This document shows, one piece after another, positions 11,235 through 22,013 of a DNA stretch of 64,000 bases. The notes beneath the pieces are model-generated. The model saw only the letters and a program-made list of their open reading frames with translations, was not told the origin of the DNA and searched no databases. The DNA comes from Candidatus Levyibacteriota bacterium. GTDB taxonomy: Bacteria > Patescibacteriota > Microgenomatia > Levybacterales > UBA12049. The position numbers were made by a program, and so were the translations under genes. The stretch covers positions 76,104-140,103 of the forward strand of contig OY970292.1 in the NCBI GenBank assembly GCA_963716145.1. Reading direction: 5' to 3'. Numbering within the stretch: position 1 is the stretch's first letter; the number at the start of each line of letters is the position of its first letter.

Positions 11235-12305
11235 ATGCGAATAGGAATATACGATCCTTATTTGGACGATCTGGGAGGGGGGGAAAAATACATGATGACT
11301 GTTGCCGCGTATCTTTCTCAGACTCACGAGGTTACAGTATTTTGGGACGATAAAGATGATTTGGGCAAACTCTCTGAGAGATTCTTATTAGATCTAGGTA
11401 AAGTAAAAATAGAAAAAAATATTTTTTCTTCTAAAGTAAGTCTTTTGGAAAGACTATTTAAGACAAGAAATTATGATGCTATTTTTGTATTGACGGATGG
11501 CAGTATTCCTTTTATATTTTCGAAAAAACTCTTCATTCATGTGCAGCAGCCATTATTATCAGCTAGCAACATATCTTGGAAGAATAAATTAAAACTCTCA
11601 AGAGTCACAAGTGTTTTTTATAACTCCAAATTTACCAAATCATTTAACGACAAAATATTTCCCAACACAAAAAATACAGTAATTTATCCGCCTGTTGAAA
11701 TTTTGGCCAAAAATTTAGCAAAAGAAAATATTATCCTTCATGTTGGCAAATTTAGGGTTGCCAATGTAAATAGTGAAGATTACAAAAAGCAGCAGATAAT
11801 GGCTGATGCATTCAAAGCAATGGTTGATAAAGGTCTTAAGAACTGGAAACTTATAATCGCGACGAGTATTAATGATGAAAGTGATCCCCGGTTTAGAAAC
11901 ATGATAGATAGTGGTAAGAATTATCCCATCAAATTTTTGGTGAACAAAAATAATATCGAGTTGTGGGATATATACAGCAAAGCAAAAATTTACTGGCACG
12001 CCTCCGGCTTTGGCGAGGATTTGGAGAACCACCCTGAGTACGCTGAGCATTTTGGAATTTCAACAGTTGAGGCAATGGGAGCAGGCGCTGTTCCCGTAGT
12101 AATAAACGCAGGAGGACAGAAGGAAATAATCACAGACAAGAATGACGGGTTTTTGTGGAATAGTCTTGATGAACTGACGGAAAAAACAAAGTTACTAATA
12201 AATGACAAGGATCTATGGGAAAAAATGTCAGAGGCGGCTAGATCGCGCGCAAAAGACTTTGGTACTGAAAAATTTGGTGGAGCTATTGAGGCAATGTTGA
12301 AATGA
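11235..12305 (+). CDS. GT4 glycosyltransferase
   Basis: N-terminal LGGGE; EHFGISTVEAM (EX7E) motif. Confidence 0.9.
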   Translation: MRIGIYDPYLDDLGGGEKYMMTVAAYLSQTHEVTVFWDDKDDLGKLSERFLLDLGKVKIEKNIFSSKVSLLERLFKTRNYDAIFVLTDGSIPFIFSKKLFIHVQQPLLSASNISWKNKLKLSRVTSVFYNSKFTKSFNDKIFPNTKNTVIYPPVEILAKNLAKENIILHVGKFRVANVNSEDYKKQQIMADAFKAMVDKGLKNWKLIIATSINDESDPRFRNMIDSGKNYPIKFLVNKNNIELWDIYSKAKIYWHASGFGEDLENHPEYAEHFGISTVEAMGAGAVPVVINAGGQKEIITDKNDGFLWNSLDELTEKTKLLINDKDLWEKMSEAARSRAKDFGTEKFGGAIEAMLK

Positions 12306-14620
12306 AGAAAATCTTACCTATCATTTTTCTTGCAATAATTATAGTTATTTTTTTCTCACTCTTACTTTTTAAGAATCGGCTTCCAATTCCAGCAGACACG
12401 ATTGTCGGCTTGTATCATCCATTCAGAGATTTATACGCGAAAGATTATCCAAATGGAATTGCTTTTAAAAATTTTCTAGTTACTGATCCAGTACGTCAGC
12501 AATATCCATGGAAAAATTTGACGATGAATATCGAAAAACGCTTTGAGTTGCCTCTTTGGAATCCGTATAATTTTGCCGGGACACCTCTTCTGGCCAATTT
12601 TCAATCAGCAGCTTTTTATCCCTTAAATCTTATTTTTTTGGTACTACCTTTCTCTATTGGTTGGAGTGGCTTAGTCTTGCTGCAGCCGTTATTGGCAGGA
12701 GTTTTTCTATATTTATATCTAAATAATCTAAAGATCAGTCGTTATTCTAGCATTTTTGGAGCGGTTAGTTTTGCGTTTTGTGGATTCTCGGTTGCATGGC
12801 TTGAGTGGGGAACCGTATCACACACCGCAATATGGTTACCTTTAGTACTTTTGTCGATAGATAAAATTATGCATAACTCAACTGACTCAAAAATTTCAAA
12901 TTTCAAATTTCAAATTTCAAATAAACAAATAAGTGTTAAGAAAAATTTAGTTTGGGCACTATTATTTTTATTTTCTCTTACCTCATCTTTTTTTGCAGGG
13001 CATTTGCAGATATTCTTTTATTTAATTATTGCATCATTTTCTTACTTCTTATTTCGTTGGTTTCAAGAGGGGAGAAATAAAAAAACTTTAATTATATTCT
13101 TAATTCTCATCTCTTTATTCTTAATACTGACAATTATTCAATGGTTGCCTACTCTACAATTTATTTTTCAAAGTGCGCGCGGAGTAGACCAAAATTGGCA
13201 AAAGGAAGGATGGTTCATTCCTTGGCAGAATCTTGCTCAATTTGTAGCGCCTGATTTTTTTGGTAACCCCACAACGCTTAACTATTGGGGAGTTTGGAAT
13301 TACGCTGAATTCATAGGATATATAGGGATAGTGCCATTAATAATGGCGGCTTGTGCATTTTTTCAAAGACGAGAAAAATTGATTATTTTTTTTGGCTCAA
13401 TCTTTTTTCTATCTCTTTTATTTTCCTTGCCCACTTTTTTTGCAATGATTCCTTTCCAGCTCCAAATCCCATTCATATCAACTGCTCAACCTACCCGACT
13501 TTTATTTTTAACAGACTTTTCGCTTGCAGTTCTGGCAGCCCTGGGAATTGATGCGTTGATGAGTTATAACAAAAGGAGGCAAATAATTTATCCACTATTA
13601 TTGGTTGGTCTTATCCTTGTTGGTTTATGGGTTTTTGTTTTTGCAGGCGCAAATTTATTGCACTCTATATCCTTGGAAAATTTAAATACCGCAAAGCGCA
13701 ATCTTTATTTCCCAACGATTATCTTTGTTGTTACAGCAGTCCTACTTTTTTCCTACGTTTCCTTAAAAAATAAAGCATATAGGTCGCTAATTTTAGTTTT
13801 GCTATTAATATTTACAGTTGGCGATCTTCTTCGGTTTACATATAAATTTACTCCCTTTACTCCTCAAAAATATCTTTATCCTAATACAAAAGCTATCGAT
13901 TTTTTGCAAAAACAAAAAGGACAATTCCGTATCATGACAACGGATGACAGAATTTTGCCCCCAAATTTCTCCATAATGTATCAGTTGCAGACACTTGACG
14001 GCTATGACCCTTTATATCTGTTAAGATACGGAGAATTAGTTACGGCGTCAGAGAGGGGAAGACCGGATATAAAACCTCCATTTGGTTTTAATAGAATAGT
14101 TACTCCACATAATTTTGAATCCAACCTGGTGGATTTGATGAATGTCCGTTTTGTTCTGAGTTTGTCTGAGATAAAATCCCCAAAATTGGAAAAGGTTTTT
14201 GAAGAAGGGCAGACAAAAATTTATAAAAATAATTCCGCTTTTCAAAGAGCTTTTTTGGTAAAAAAGATAATAGCTGTTTCCGGTAAACAAAATGCAATTA
14301 ATACACTATTTAATAGTGAAATTGATTTGAAGCAAACTGCGATAGTTGAAAATTGGAATAATAAAAAAACTGACTTTGCTCAAGGATCAGTAAGTATTGT
14401 AGAATACAAAGAGAATAATATTAGTGTTTTGGTTCAAAGTAGACAAGAAGCATTTTTAGTTCTGGTGGATACTTTCTATCCGACCTGGAGTGCACAAGTT
14501 TGTATGTCCGATGACAGTAGTTGTAAAGAGGCAAAAATTTATCTGACCGACTATAATTTCCGCGGGATAGTAATTCCAAAAGGAGTACACAAGGTAATAT
14601 TTAAGAACTCATTATTATGA
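12302..14620 (+). CDS. YfhO-family GT-C membrane protein
   Basis: PLWNPYNFAGTPL..N.Q...FYP, GHLQ, GYDPL, D.FYP.W motifs. Confidence 0.8.
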   Translation: MKKILPIIFLAIIIVIFFSLLLFKNRLPIPADTIVGLYHPFRDLYAKDYPNGIAFKNFLVTDPVRQQYPWKNLTMNIEKRFELPLWNPYNFAGTPLLANFQSAAFYPLNLIFLVLPFSIGWSGLVLLQPLLAGVFLYLYLNNLKISRYSSIFGAVSFAFCGFSVAWLEWGTVSHTAIWLPLVLLSIDKIMHNSTDSKISNFKFQISNKQISVKKNLVWALLFLFSLTSSFFAGHLQIFFYLIIASFSYFLFRWFQEGRNKKTLIIFLILISLFLILTIIQWLPTLQFIFQSARGVDQNWQKEGWFIPWQNLAQFVAPDFFGNPTTLNYWGVWNYAEFIGYIGIVPLIMAACAFFQRREKLIIFFGSIFFLSLLFSLPTFFAMIPFQLQIPFISTAQPTRLLFLTDFSLAVLAALGIDALMSYNKRRQIIYPLLLVGLILVGLWVFVFAGANLLHSISLENLNTAKRNLYFPTIIFVVTAVLLFSYVSLKNKAYRSLILVLLLIFTVGDLLRFTYKFTPFTPQKYLYPNTKAIDFLQKQKGQFRIMTTDDRILPPNFSIMYQLQTLDGYDPLYLLRYGELVTASERGRPDIKPPFGFNRIVTPHNFESNLVDLMNVRFVLSLSEIKSPKLEKVFEEGQTKIYKNNSAFQRAFLVKKIIAVSGKQNAINTLFNSEIDLKQTAIVENWNNKKTDFAQGSVSIVEYKENNISVLVQSRQEAFLVLVDTFYPTWSAQVCMSDDSSCKEAKIYLTDYNFRGIVIPKGVHKVIFKNSLL
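12891..12918 (+). repeat. (AAATTTC)x4 in-frame array encoding ISNFKFQISN
   Basis: Four perfect heptamers read directly from the sequence. Confidence 0.95.
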
Positions 14621-15570
14621 ATCTAAGCATTGTTATACCAAATTATAACGGGGAAAAATTGTTACAAAAAAACTTACCTCTCATTATTGAAGCGGTTAAA
14701 GATTATAAAGAAGGTAAAATTGAAATAATAATTCCGGATGACCCCTCAACCGACAATTCCAGAGAATTTATAAAGGAATTTATCGTGAGTATTAAGCAAA
14801 AAAATATAACAGGATTAACAATCAGTAATGACAAAAAAAACAAAGCTGGCTTTAGTAGAAATGTTAACAGGGGGGTTGGTATCTCAACTGGGGATATTCT
14901 AATCTTACTCAATTCAGACGTTTATCCTCATAAAGATTTTCTTGAACCGCTCCTCAAACACTTTGAAGAAGGAGAAGTTTTTGCTGTTGGATGTTTGGAC
15001 GAAAGTATTGAGAATGGTAGTAAAATTCTTCGCGGCCGGGGATTGGGGAGTTTTAAGCGCGGCTTTTTAGTTCATAGAGCAGGAAGTATTGATAAGGAAA
15101 ACACTTTGTGGGCAAGTGGGGGGAGCGGAGCGTTCAGGAAAAGTATCTGGGAGACTTTAGGTGGATTTGATCCATTGTTTGACCCATTTTATTGGGAAGA
15201 TATTGATCTTTCCTATAGAGCATTAAAGTCAGGATACAAAATCAGGTTTGAGCCAAAGAGTATTGTCATCCATGAGCATGAAAAAGGTACAGTAAAAGAA
15301 ATGTTTGAGGATGATTATGTCAAAAATATTTCTTACAGAAATCAATTTATTTTTACTTGGAAAAATATAACAGATTCTGACCTATTCATATTACACGTTG
15401 TCTGGCTGCCCTACCATCTGTTAAGAGCGCTGATTAGCGGAGATTGGCAATTTTTTAACGGGCTCTTTATGGCATTGGTAAATTTTGGTAGAATACACAA
15501 ATCAAGACAATTGGTTAAAAAATTATTTATCAAAACAGATTATCAAGTATTGAAAGACTACAAAGAATGA
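14617..15570 (+). CDS. GT2 glycosyltransferase
   Basis: IPNYNG, LNSD, GGFDPLFDPFYWEDID. Confidence 0.85.
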   Translation: MNLSIVIPNYNGEKLLQKNLPLIIEAVKDYKEGKIEIIIPDDPSTDNSREFIKEFIVSIKQKNITGLTISNDKKNKAGFSRNVNRGVGISTGDILILLNSDVYPHKDFLEPLLKHFEEGEVFAVGCLDESIENGSKILRGRGLGSFKRGFLVHRAGSIDKENTLWASGGSGAFRKSIWETLGGFDPLFDPFYWEDIDLSYRALKSGYKIRFEPKSIVIHEHEKGTVKEMFEDDYVKNISYRNQFIFTWKNITDSDLFILHVVWLPYHLLRALISGDWQFFNGLFMALVNFGRIHKSRQLVKKLFIKTDYQVLKDYKE

Positions 15571-16292
15571 AATTATCCATAATTATTCCTGTTTTTAATG
15601 AGGAAAACACAATTGTTCCTGTTCTTGAAAAAGTGGAAAAGCTTATAATTCCCGGGGTTAGTAAGGAAATAATCGTAGTGGACGATGGATCGACCGATGG
15701 TTCTGCATCGGTAATTTCAAATTTCAAATCTCAAATTTCAAATAATAAAAATTATAAGTTTATTTATCATAAAAAAAATCAAGGAAAAGGAGCTGCTGTT
15801 ATATCCGGTATTAGAAACGCGACCGGGGATTATATTACTATTCAGGATGCGGATCTTGAATATGACCCATCCTACTTCACATCACTTATTGTTCCAATCA
15901 AAAAAGGCCAGGGATTAGTGGTTTACGGTACCCGGCTTAAGAGACTGCCTCATCTTTTTAACGAAGAAAGCCACGGCCTTTTCCTTTTGCATTATTTAGG
16001 GAATAGGTCTTTAAGTTTTATAACCAGTGTTTTGTACGGTCAATGGATAACCGATATGGAAACTTGTTACAAAATCTTTCCACGAGAGGCTGTTAAAGGT
16101 ATGAAGTTAAATGCAAAAGGTTTTGAGTTTGAACCTGAAATTACGGCAAAGCTGCTTAAGAAAAAATTCAAGATTGTCGAACTGCCGATATCTACTGTCC
16201 CTCGGGGTTATAACGAAGGTAAAAAACTACACACAGTTAGAGACGGAGCAAAAGCGCTTTGGTCACTGGTTAAATATCGGTTTGTTGATTAA
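15567..16292 (+). CDS. GT2 polyprenol-phosphate sugar synthase (DPM1-like)
   Basis: PVFNEE, VDDGSTD, NQGKG, QDADLEYDP, TDMETCYK, FEFEPE. Confidence 0.88.
   Translation: MKLSIIIPVFNEENTIVPVLEKVEKLIIPGVSKEIIVVDDGSTDGSASVISNFKSQISNNKNYKFIYHKKNQGKGAAVISGIRNATGDYITIQDADLEYDPSYFTSLIVPIKKGQGLVVYGTRLKRLPHLFNEESHGLFLLHYLGNRSLSFITSVLYGQWITDMETCYKIFPREAVKGMKLNAKGFEFEPEITAKLLKKKFKIVELPISTVPRGYNEGKKLHTVRDGAKALWSLVKYRFVD
15712..15739 (+). repeat. AAATTTC-type 4-unit array encoding ISNFKSQISN
   Basis: TAATTTC AAATTTC AAATCTC AAATTTC. Confidence 0.9.
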
Positions 16293-16301
16293 AATAAAAG
16301 A

Positions 16302-17798
16302 ATGAGCATGCATATTTTTGAGAAAATTAAGTTAAATCTTCCGCTTCTTCTTTCTTTGTTTTTTATTTTTATAATTTCCTTATGGTTAAGGTTAGCTTTT
16401 CTGGATACAAATTTATTTTTTGGTCCAGAGCAGGGTAGGGATTTTTTAGTAATTAAAGAACTTGTTTTACAGCATAGATTGACACTAATTGGACCAAAAA
16501 CGGATATAGCCGGCATCTTTCACGGTCCGGTATTTTACTACTTTACAGCTATACCATTTGCAATGAGTCAAGGCGACCCTCTTTTTTCGGCAAAGTTTTT
16601 AATTGTAGTTAATTGTATAACAGTATTTTTTATCTATCTTTTGGGTGCACGTCTTCACAACCGTTCCACCGGTCTTGTAGCAGCAATTTTATTTGCTTTC
16701 TCTTTCAACGCAATTGTTTACGCGCGTTGGCTTTCAAATCCTCCATTATCTATTCCGTTGGTCACAATGGCAATGTTTTTCTTAATAGATTTTCTTAAAG
16801 GAAATAAAAAAAGCTTATTGGGCTATTCAATTTGCTTGGGCTTGCTTGGTCAAGTGGAATTCTTAAATATTTTATTTTTTGTAGCTATTACATTATGTGT
16901 TATTTTTGTATTTTTTAAACGTTTTAGAAAAACATCAGCTGTTTTTTTACTCATCAATTTTCTTATTGTTTCACTTTTGTGCGTTGGTTCATATATCTTA
17001 TTTGATATAAGGCATCAGTTCCTTATTACGAATAATATATTAAATCTTCTCAGGGGACAAACAGGGTTTCATATTTCTTTATTGTCTGCATTGCAAAAAA
17101 GTAGTTTAGAGTTTTTTAATTCATTTACGGTAACTGTTTTGCCTTTTAGAGGACCTTGGAGTTTTTTGCTTTTATTTTTTGCTGCGGGACTACTTCTTAT
17201 TCGCGCCAAAAAGCAGAAAGAGTATGTTCTAGTAATATTATGGTTATTTATTCCGGTGTTTTTACTTATCATTCTGCGCCATGATGTTCTAGAGCAATTT
17301 TTTGTCGCACTTATCCCTGCTTTTATTCTTGTCACGGCATTGGCGATTGAATCAGTATTGAAAAAAGCTCCACCGCTTGGAATCATTATCGTCATTCTAG
17401 TGATCAGTATGCAGCTAATTGCTTGGAAAAATACAATTCCGCAAAACAAAAATATTTTTTTTCAGACACCACAACCGGATCTTCGCTACTCCGATGTATT
17501 GAAAACAATAGATCGAATCTACCAAGAATCAGGTCAAAAATCATTTGCTGTTCAGGCATATACCATTCCCTATTGGAATCAACAGGCTTGGGAATATCTA
17601 TTCTGGAGTTATGGTGCGAAAAAATACGCAAGATTACCTATCAGTCAAAAAGACACTAAAAAATTGTTTGTTATCATTCAAGATGATTCAGATTCCAAGT
17701 ATCAACAAGATTGGCTTAAAAACACTGTAAGTAAATGGGGATCAGTGACGCAGACTTTTCGTTACGGCGTCTTGACTACGCGGGAATTGCAATTATAG
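16302..17798 (+). CDS. ArnT/GT39-like GT-C glycosyltransferase
   Basis: EQGRD, LTLIGP, GIFHGP, W.SNP, FDIRHQF. Confidence 0.75.
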   Translation: MSMHIFEKIKLNLPLLLSLFFIFIISLWLRLAFLDTNLFFGPEQGRDFLVIKELVLQHRLTLIGPKTDIAGIFHGPVFYYFTAIPFAMSQGDPLFSAKFLIVVNCITVFFIYLLGARLHNRSTGLVAAILFAFSFNAIVYARWLSNPPLSIPLVTMAMFFLIDFLKGNKKSLLGYSICLGLLGQVEFLNILFFVAITLCVIFVFFKRFRKTSAVFLLINFLIVSLLCVGSYILFDIRHQFLITNNILNLLRGQTGFHISLLSALQKSSLEFFNSFTVTVLPFRGPWSFLLLFFAAGLLLIRAKKQKEYVLVILWLFIPVFLLIILRHDVLEQFFVALIPAFILVTALAIESVLKKAPPLGIIIVILVISMQLIAWKNTIPQNKNIFFQTPQPDLRYSDVLKTIDRIYQESGQKSFAVQAYTIPYWNQQAWEYLFWSYGAKKYARLPISQKDTKKLFVIIQDDSDSKYQQDWLKNTVSKWGSVTQTFRYGVLTTRELQL

Positions 17799-17816
17799 TG
17801 TTGAAGTTGGATAAAA

Positions 17817-19502
17817 ATGAAAAAGCTTTTTAATACAAAGATTATATTAGCTATTGTAGTTCTAATTGCGGCATTTTTACGCTTTTATCAACTTGGAGTA
17901 AATCCGCCCTCATTAACCTGGGATGAGGTGGCATGGGGATACAATGCCTATTCGATAGGGGTTGACGGACGTGATGAATTCGGAAGATTGCTGCCATATG
18001 ACTATCTTGAATCCTTCGGAGATTTTAAACCTCCAATGTATGCATATTTAAGCGTGATTCCCGTTAAGATTTTTGGTCTTAATGAATTTGCAACCCGCTT
18101 TGCCTCAGCGTTTTTTGGAACCTTAACGGTATTAATTACTTATTTTTTGGTGAAAGCTTTGTTCTCATTAAATCCGAAACAAACTCAAAATTCAAAAAAT
18201 TCATTGGGAATTGGGAATTGGGAATTGGGAATCCCAATAGTAGCAACAATATTCTTGGCAATCTCACCGTGGCACATTATGCTCTCCAGAGCTGCTTTTG
18301 AAGCAAATGTCGCAACCTTCTTTTTAGTTTTCGGAGTTACAAGTTTTCTTTATTGGATAAAGGAAAAAAATACATTTCTCATATTCTCAGTACTGTCGTT
18401 TGCTTTCTCACTTTATACATTTAATTCTGCCCGCGTAGTAGCTCCGCTTTTGGTTAGTATGTTGGTTGCGGGATTTTGGAAAACATTGTGGCAAAGGAAA
18501 AATGCTGTTATCGTAGCAGGGATTATCGGATTTTTGCTTGTTGCACCCCTTGTCCCCTTCTTGCTATCTCCACAGGCAGGATTGAGATATAAAGAGGTAA
18601 ATATTTTTTCTGATCCGCAAATTGTAGAAAAGGCTAATCAGCAAATCACCAATGATAATAACGTCTGGTGGTCAAAGATTATCCATAATCGGCGCGTAGG
18701 ATATGGATTATCTTATTTGCAACATTATTTAGATAACTTTTCCCCTGACTTTCTGTTTATAAAGGGGGACGGAAATCCCAAATTTTCCACGCAAGAAGTC
18801 GGACAAATGTATATTTGGTCATTACCATTTTTTATCTTAGGCGTACTTTTTCTATTTAAAAAGAGAGAAGGATATTGGTGGATAGTTCCTGCTTGGTTAT
18901 TGCTCGGTATTGTTCCCGCGGCAGTAGCGCGTGAGACTCCTCATGCTTTAAGGACTGAGGGGACATTGCCTACATTTCAAATACTTGAGGCTTATGGTTT
19001 TATAGGAACTCTCTTCTTTCTTAAGGAGCATTTCAGAAGGAAGATTCTTACTTTCACCTGCGCAATCTTCGGGATAATATATATGTTGAATTTTGTTTAT
19101 TTTCTTCATGGTTATTATGTTCATTATGCATGGAAATGGTCAGGTGAATGGCAGTATGGTTATAAAGATTCGATCACTTTTGTTAAAGATAATGAACAGC
19201 AATTTGATAAAATTTTCGTAACAGACTCTCTAGGAAGACCGTATGTTTATTACCTATTTTATCTACATATTTCTCCTGAAACTTTCAGAAATAATGTAAA
19301 AGTAGAACGTGATGCATTCGGATTTGTAAAAGTAAAAGAAGTTGGAAAATTTTCTTTTGAGAGTAATATTAGCGGAAGCAAGCTTAAAGGTGAGAAAGTT
19401 TTATATATTAGTGATATGAAAAATATTCCTCAAAAGGCAAAAGTTCTAAAAACGTTTTATCTCAAAAACGGAAGCCCAATATTAATTGCATACAGTATGT
19501 AA
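17817..19502 (+). CDS. ArnT/PMT_2-like GT-C glycosyltransferase
   Basis: WDE..WGYNAYS..GRDE, DFKPP, ISPWH..SR, PHALR. Confidence 0.8.
   Translation: MKKLFNTKIILAIVVLIAAFLRFYQLGVNPPSLTWDEVAWGYNAYSIGVDGRDEFGRLLPYDYLESFGDFKPPMYAYLSVIPVKIFGLNEFATRFASAFFGTLTVLITYFLVKALFSLNPKQTQNSKNSLGIGNWELGIPIVATIFLAISPWHIMLSRAAFEANVATFFLVFGVTSFLYWIKEKNTFLIFSVLSFAFSLYTFNSARVVAPLLVSMLVAGFWKTLWQRKNAVIVAGIIGFLLVAPLVPFLLSPQAGLRYKEVNIFSDPQIVEKANQQITNDNNVWWSKIIHNRRVGYGLSYLQHYLDNFSPDFLFIKGDGNPKFSTQEVGQMYIWSLPFFILGVLFLFKKREGYWWIVPAWLLLGIVPAAVARETPHALRTEGTLPTFQILEAYGFIGTLFFLKEHFRRKILTFTCAIFGIIYMLNFVYFLHGYYVHYAWKWSGEWQYGYKDSITFVKDNEQQFDKIFVTDSLGRPYVYYLFYLHISPETFRNNVKVERDAFGFVKVKEVGKFSFESNISGSKLKGEKVLYISDMKNIPQKAKVLKTFYLKNGSPILIAYSM
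18170..18238 (+). repeat. Composite heptamer element: degenerate (YTCAAAA)-like block, (ATTGGGA)x4 at 18203-18230, inverted copy TCCCAAT
   Basis: Read directly; lies within an 18-aa insertion relative to the adjacent paralog. Confidence 0.9.
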
Positions 19503-19503
19503 C

Positions 19504-21141
19504 ATGAAAAAAAAGGTCGGAATATTATTACTTGCTATTTTAGCTTTAGCGTTTATATTAAGATTTTGGGATTTAGGCAAAGTTCCAATATCGCCAGATT
19601 GGGATGAGGCAGCACTTGGTTATAATGCATATTCGATTATTCAAACAGGAAGAGATGAATATGGTAAATTTTTCCCGGTTATTTTTAGATCCTTTGATGA
19701 TTATAAACCTGGGCTATATACATACCTCGTAATACCATCGGTGTATATATTTGGCCTAAATACCTTCGCTGTACGTTTACCTTCGGCAGTATTAGGCGTA
19801 TTTGCTGTTTTGGCAACGTTTTATCTAGTACGTGAATTATTTAAGCGTGATGAATACGCGCTAATTGCAGCTTTGCTATTGGCAATTTCCCCTTGGCATC
19901 TCCAATTTTCCAGGGTTGGTTTTGAGGCCAATATAGGGGACGCATTGAATATCTTTGCAGCGTTATTTTTTATTAAAGGATTAAAAAAGCCTTGGTTTTT
20001 GACACTGTGTACTCTTTGCGCGGCTCTTTCTTTACATGCTTATCAATCTGAAAAAGTTTTCACTCCGCTTTTTATGCTTTTGTTAATCGCGGTATACTTT
20101 AAGGATTTAATTAAAATAGACAGGAAGAAGTTTATCGCCGCGATTCTTGTAGGCATGGTTGTGACATTACCGTTGATAAATGCGATTATTTCGGATAAAA
20201 ATGTTTTACTCAGAGCAAAAGGTACAAGCATTTTTCAAGATCAAGACTGGTTACTCAAAGATCAGATAGCTACCTTGCAGCATTCGGTTACTCAAGGAGA
20301 TAAGCTAGGCTTACTGCTTGATAATAGGAGGGTTTTATATCTAAAAACAGTTATAGCTGGATATTTAGTGCATTTTAATCCGAATTGGTTGTTAATAAAA
20401 AATGATATCGGCCGGCATCACGCTCCTGACATGGGATTAATATATATATGGGAATTCCCTCTTATTTTGATAGGTATTTACTCTCTGCTTTTTCATAAAT
20501 TTGATAAAAAAACAAAACTATTTATTTTCGGATGGTTTTTGCTTGTTCCGGTACCTGCATCTATTACAACTGAACTTCCTCATCCAGTGAGAACTTTAAA
20601 TTTCCTACCAACATGGCAAGTATTTACCATGCTTGGTCTTGTGACCGCGTACGGTCTTTGGAAGAATATAAAAAATAACGTATTCAGAATTATCCTAGCT
20701 GTATCTTTTCTGGGGGCTGTATTTCTTAACTTTTTTTATTATCTTAATCAGTATTTTGTTCAACAAAATTATTATTATGCGAGTGATTGGCAATATGGTT
20801 ATGAGTCAGCAATTAAGACTATACAGGAAGAAAAAAAGAATTATAAAAAAGTGATTGTTTCGGATCATGCACCCATGGATAAATCATATATATTTTTCTT
20901 GTTTTATCTTAAATATCCACCTGCAATTTATCAATTAGTGGGTGCGAAAAGTTCAGGTAATTTTGCTGCCCATCACGAATTTGATAAATACGAATTCCGA
21001 CTGATAAATTGGGATAACGAAAAAAAAAGCCCGGACATACTCTACATTGGAACACCAAAAGATTTTCCTGAGAAAGTAAAAGTTAAAAAAACTATCCCAT
21101 ATCCTGATGGAAAGCCCGCGATTAAAATAGTAGAAGGATAA
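19504..21141 (+). CDS. ArnT/PMT_2-like GT-C glycosyltransferase (tandem paralog)
   Basis: WDEAALGYNAYS..GRDE, DYKPG, ISPWH, PHPVR. ATG 19504 follows the previous stop by 1 nt. Confidence 0.8.
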   Translation: MKKKVGILLLAILALAFILRFWDLGKVPISPDWDEAALGYNAYSIIQTGRDEYGKFFPVIFRSFDDYKPGLYTYLVIPSVYIFGLNTFAVRLPSAVLGVFAVLATFYLVRELFKRDEYALIAALLLAISPWHLQFSRVGFEANIGDALNIFAALFFIKGLKKPWFLTLCTLCAALSLHAYQSEKVFTPLFMLLLIAVYFKDLIKIDRKKFIAAILVGMVVTLPLINAIISDKNVLLRAKGTSIFQDQDWLLKDQIATLQHSVTQGDKLGLLLDNRRVLYLKTVIAGYLVHFNPNWLLIKNDIGRHHAPDMGLIYIWEFPLILIGIYSLLFHKFDKKTKLFIFGWFLLVPVPASITTELPHPVRTLNFLPTWQVFTMLGLVTAYGLWKNIKNNVFRIILAVSFLGAVFLNFFYYLNQYFVQQNYYYASDWQYGYESAIKTIQEEKKNYKKVIVSDHAPMDKSYIFFLFYLKYPPAIYQLVGAKSSGNFAAHHEFDKYEFRLINWDNEKKSPDILYIGTPKDFPEKVKVKKTIPYPDGKPAIKIVEG

Positions 21142-21146
21142 TAATT

Positions 21147-22013
21147 ATGAAAAAGCTGACAGTTGCTTTGGCGACATACAATGAGGAAAGTAATTTATCC
21201 GAGTGTCTTGAGTCTGTAAAAGACTTGGCTAATGAAATCGTTATCGTAGATGGTTCATCAACAGACAGGACTATAGAGATTGCCAGGAAGTTTGATTCAA
21301 AAATAGTTATTACAAACAATCCGCCAATTTTTCATATCAATAAGCAAAAAGCATTGGATTTAGCAACTAATGAGTGGATACTCCAGCTCGATGCCGATGA
21401 GCGCGTAAGTCCGAAATTGGCTCAGGAAATAAAAAAAGTTATTGATATGTCCGATGAGGAATTAAAAGATTATCAGCAAAATCTTCCAAGCAAAAAATTA
21501 TTTCTCAGGCACCAGAAGTTACTTGAAGAAAGAGATGGGAGAATTGGGGCATCAGACGGTCCGTATGTCGCATTTTTTATTCCTCGTCTGAATTACTTTC
21601 TGGGAAGATATTTAAGACATGGCGGCGTTTATCCTGATGGAGTGATAAGGCTTGTAAAAAGGGGATTTGCTCATTTTCCAAGTATTGATGTGCACGAGCA
21701 AATGGCGGTAGATGGACGCGTGGGATGGATTAATAATCCTCTTAATCATAAAGATTCTCCGACATTTGGGCGGTATTTGCAGCGCAATAGCCGATATATT
21801 GATTTAATCACAAAAAAGCTGGAGAAAGAGAATGCCAAAAAAGATATAAAAACCTCGGCTAGTTATCTTGTATTCAAACCACTCTCCTGGTTTTTCATTA
21901 CACAAGTGCGGCATAAAGGTGTTCTGGACGGATATCAAGGGGTAATTTTTTCATTCTTTTCAGCATTGCGATTTCCCAGAGCATACTTAAGATATATAAG
22001 AAAGTCAGAATGA
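21147..22013 (+). CDS. GT2 glycosyltransferase (LgtF/KdtX-like)
   Basis: YNEE, VDGSSTD, LDADER, YPD..IRL, VHE. Confidence 0.85.
   Translation: MKKLTVALATYNEESNLSECLESVKDLANEIVIVDGSSTDRTIEIARKFDSKIVITNNPPIFHINKQKALDLATNEWILQLDADERVSPKLAQEIKKVIDMSDEELKDYQQNLPSKKLFLRHQKLLEERDGRIGASDGPYVAFFIPRLNYFLGRYLRHGGVYPDGVIRLVKRGFAHFPSIDVHEQMAVDGRVGWINNPLNHKDSPTFGRYLQRNSRYIDLITKKLEKENAKKDIKTSASYLVFKPLSWFFITQVRHKGVLDGYQGVIFSFFSALRFPRAYLRYIRKSE

Noticed and set aside
11277-11283. G7 tract near the 5' end of a GT4 gene as a phase-variation site
   Set aside because: It encodes the conserved GGGE motif, is short and in frame, and there is no evidence of variation.
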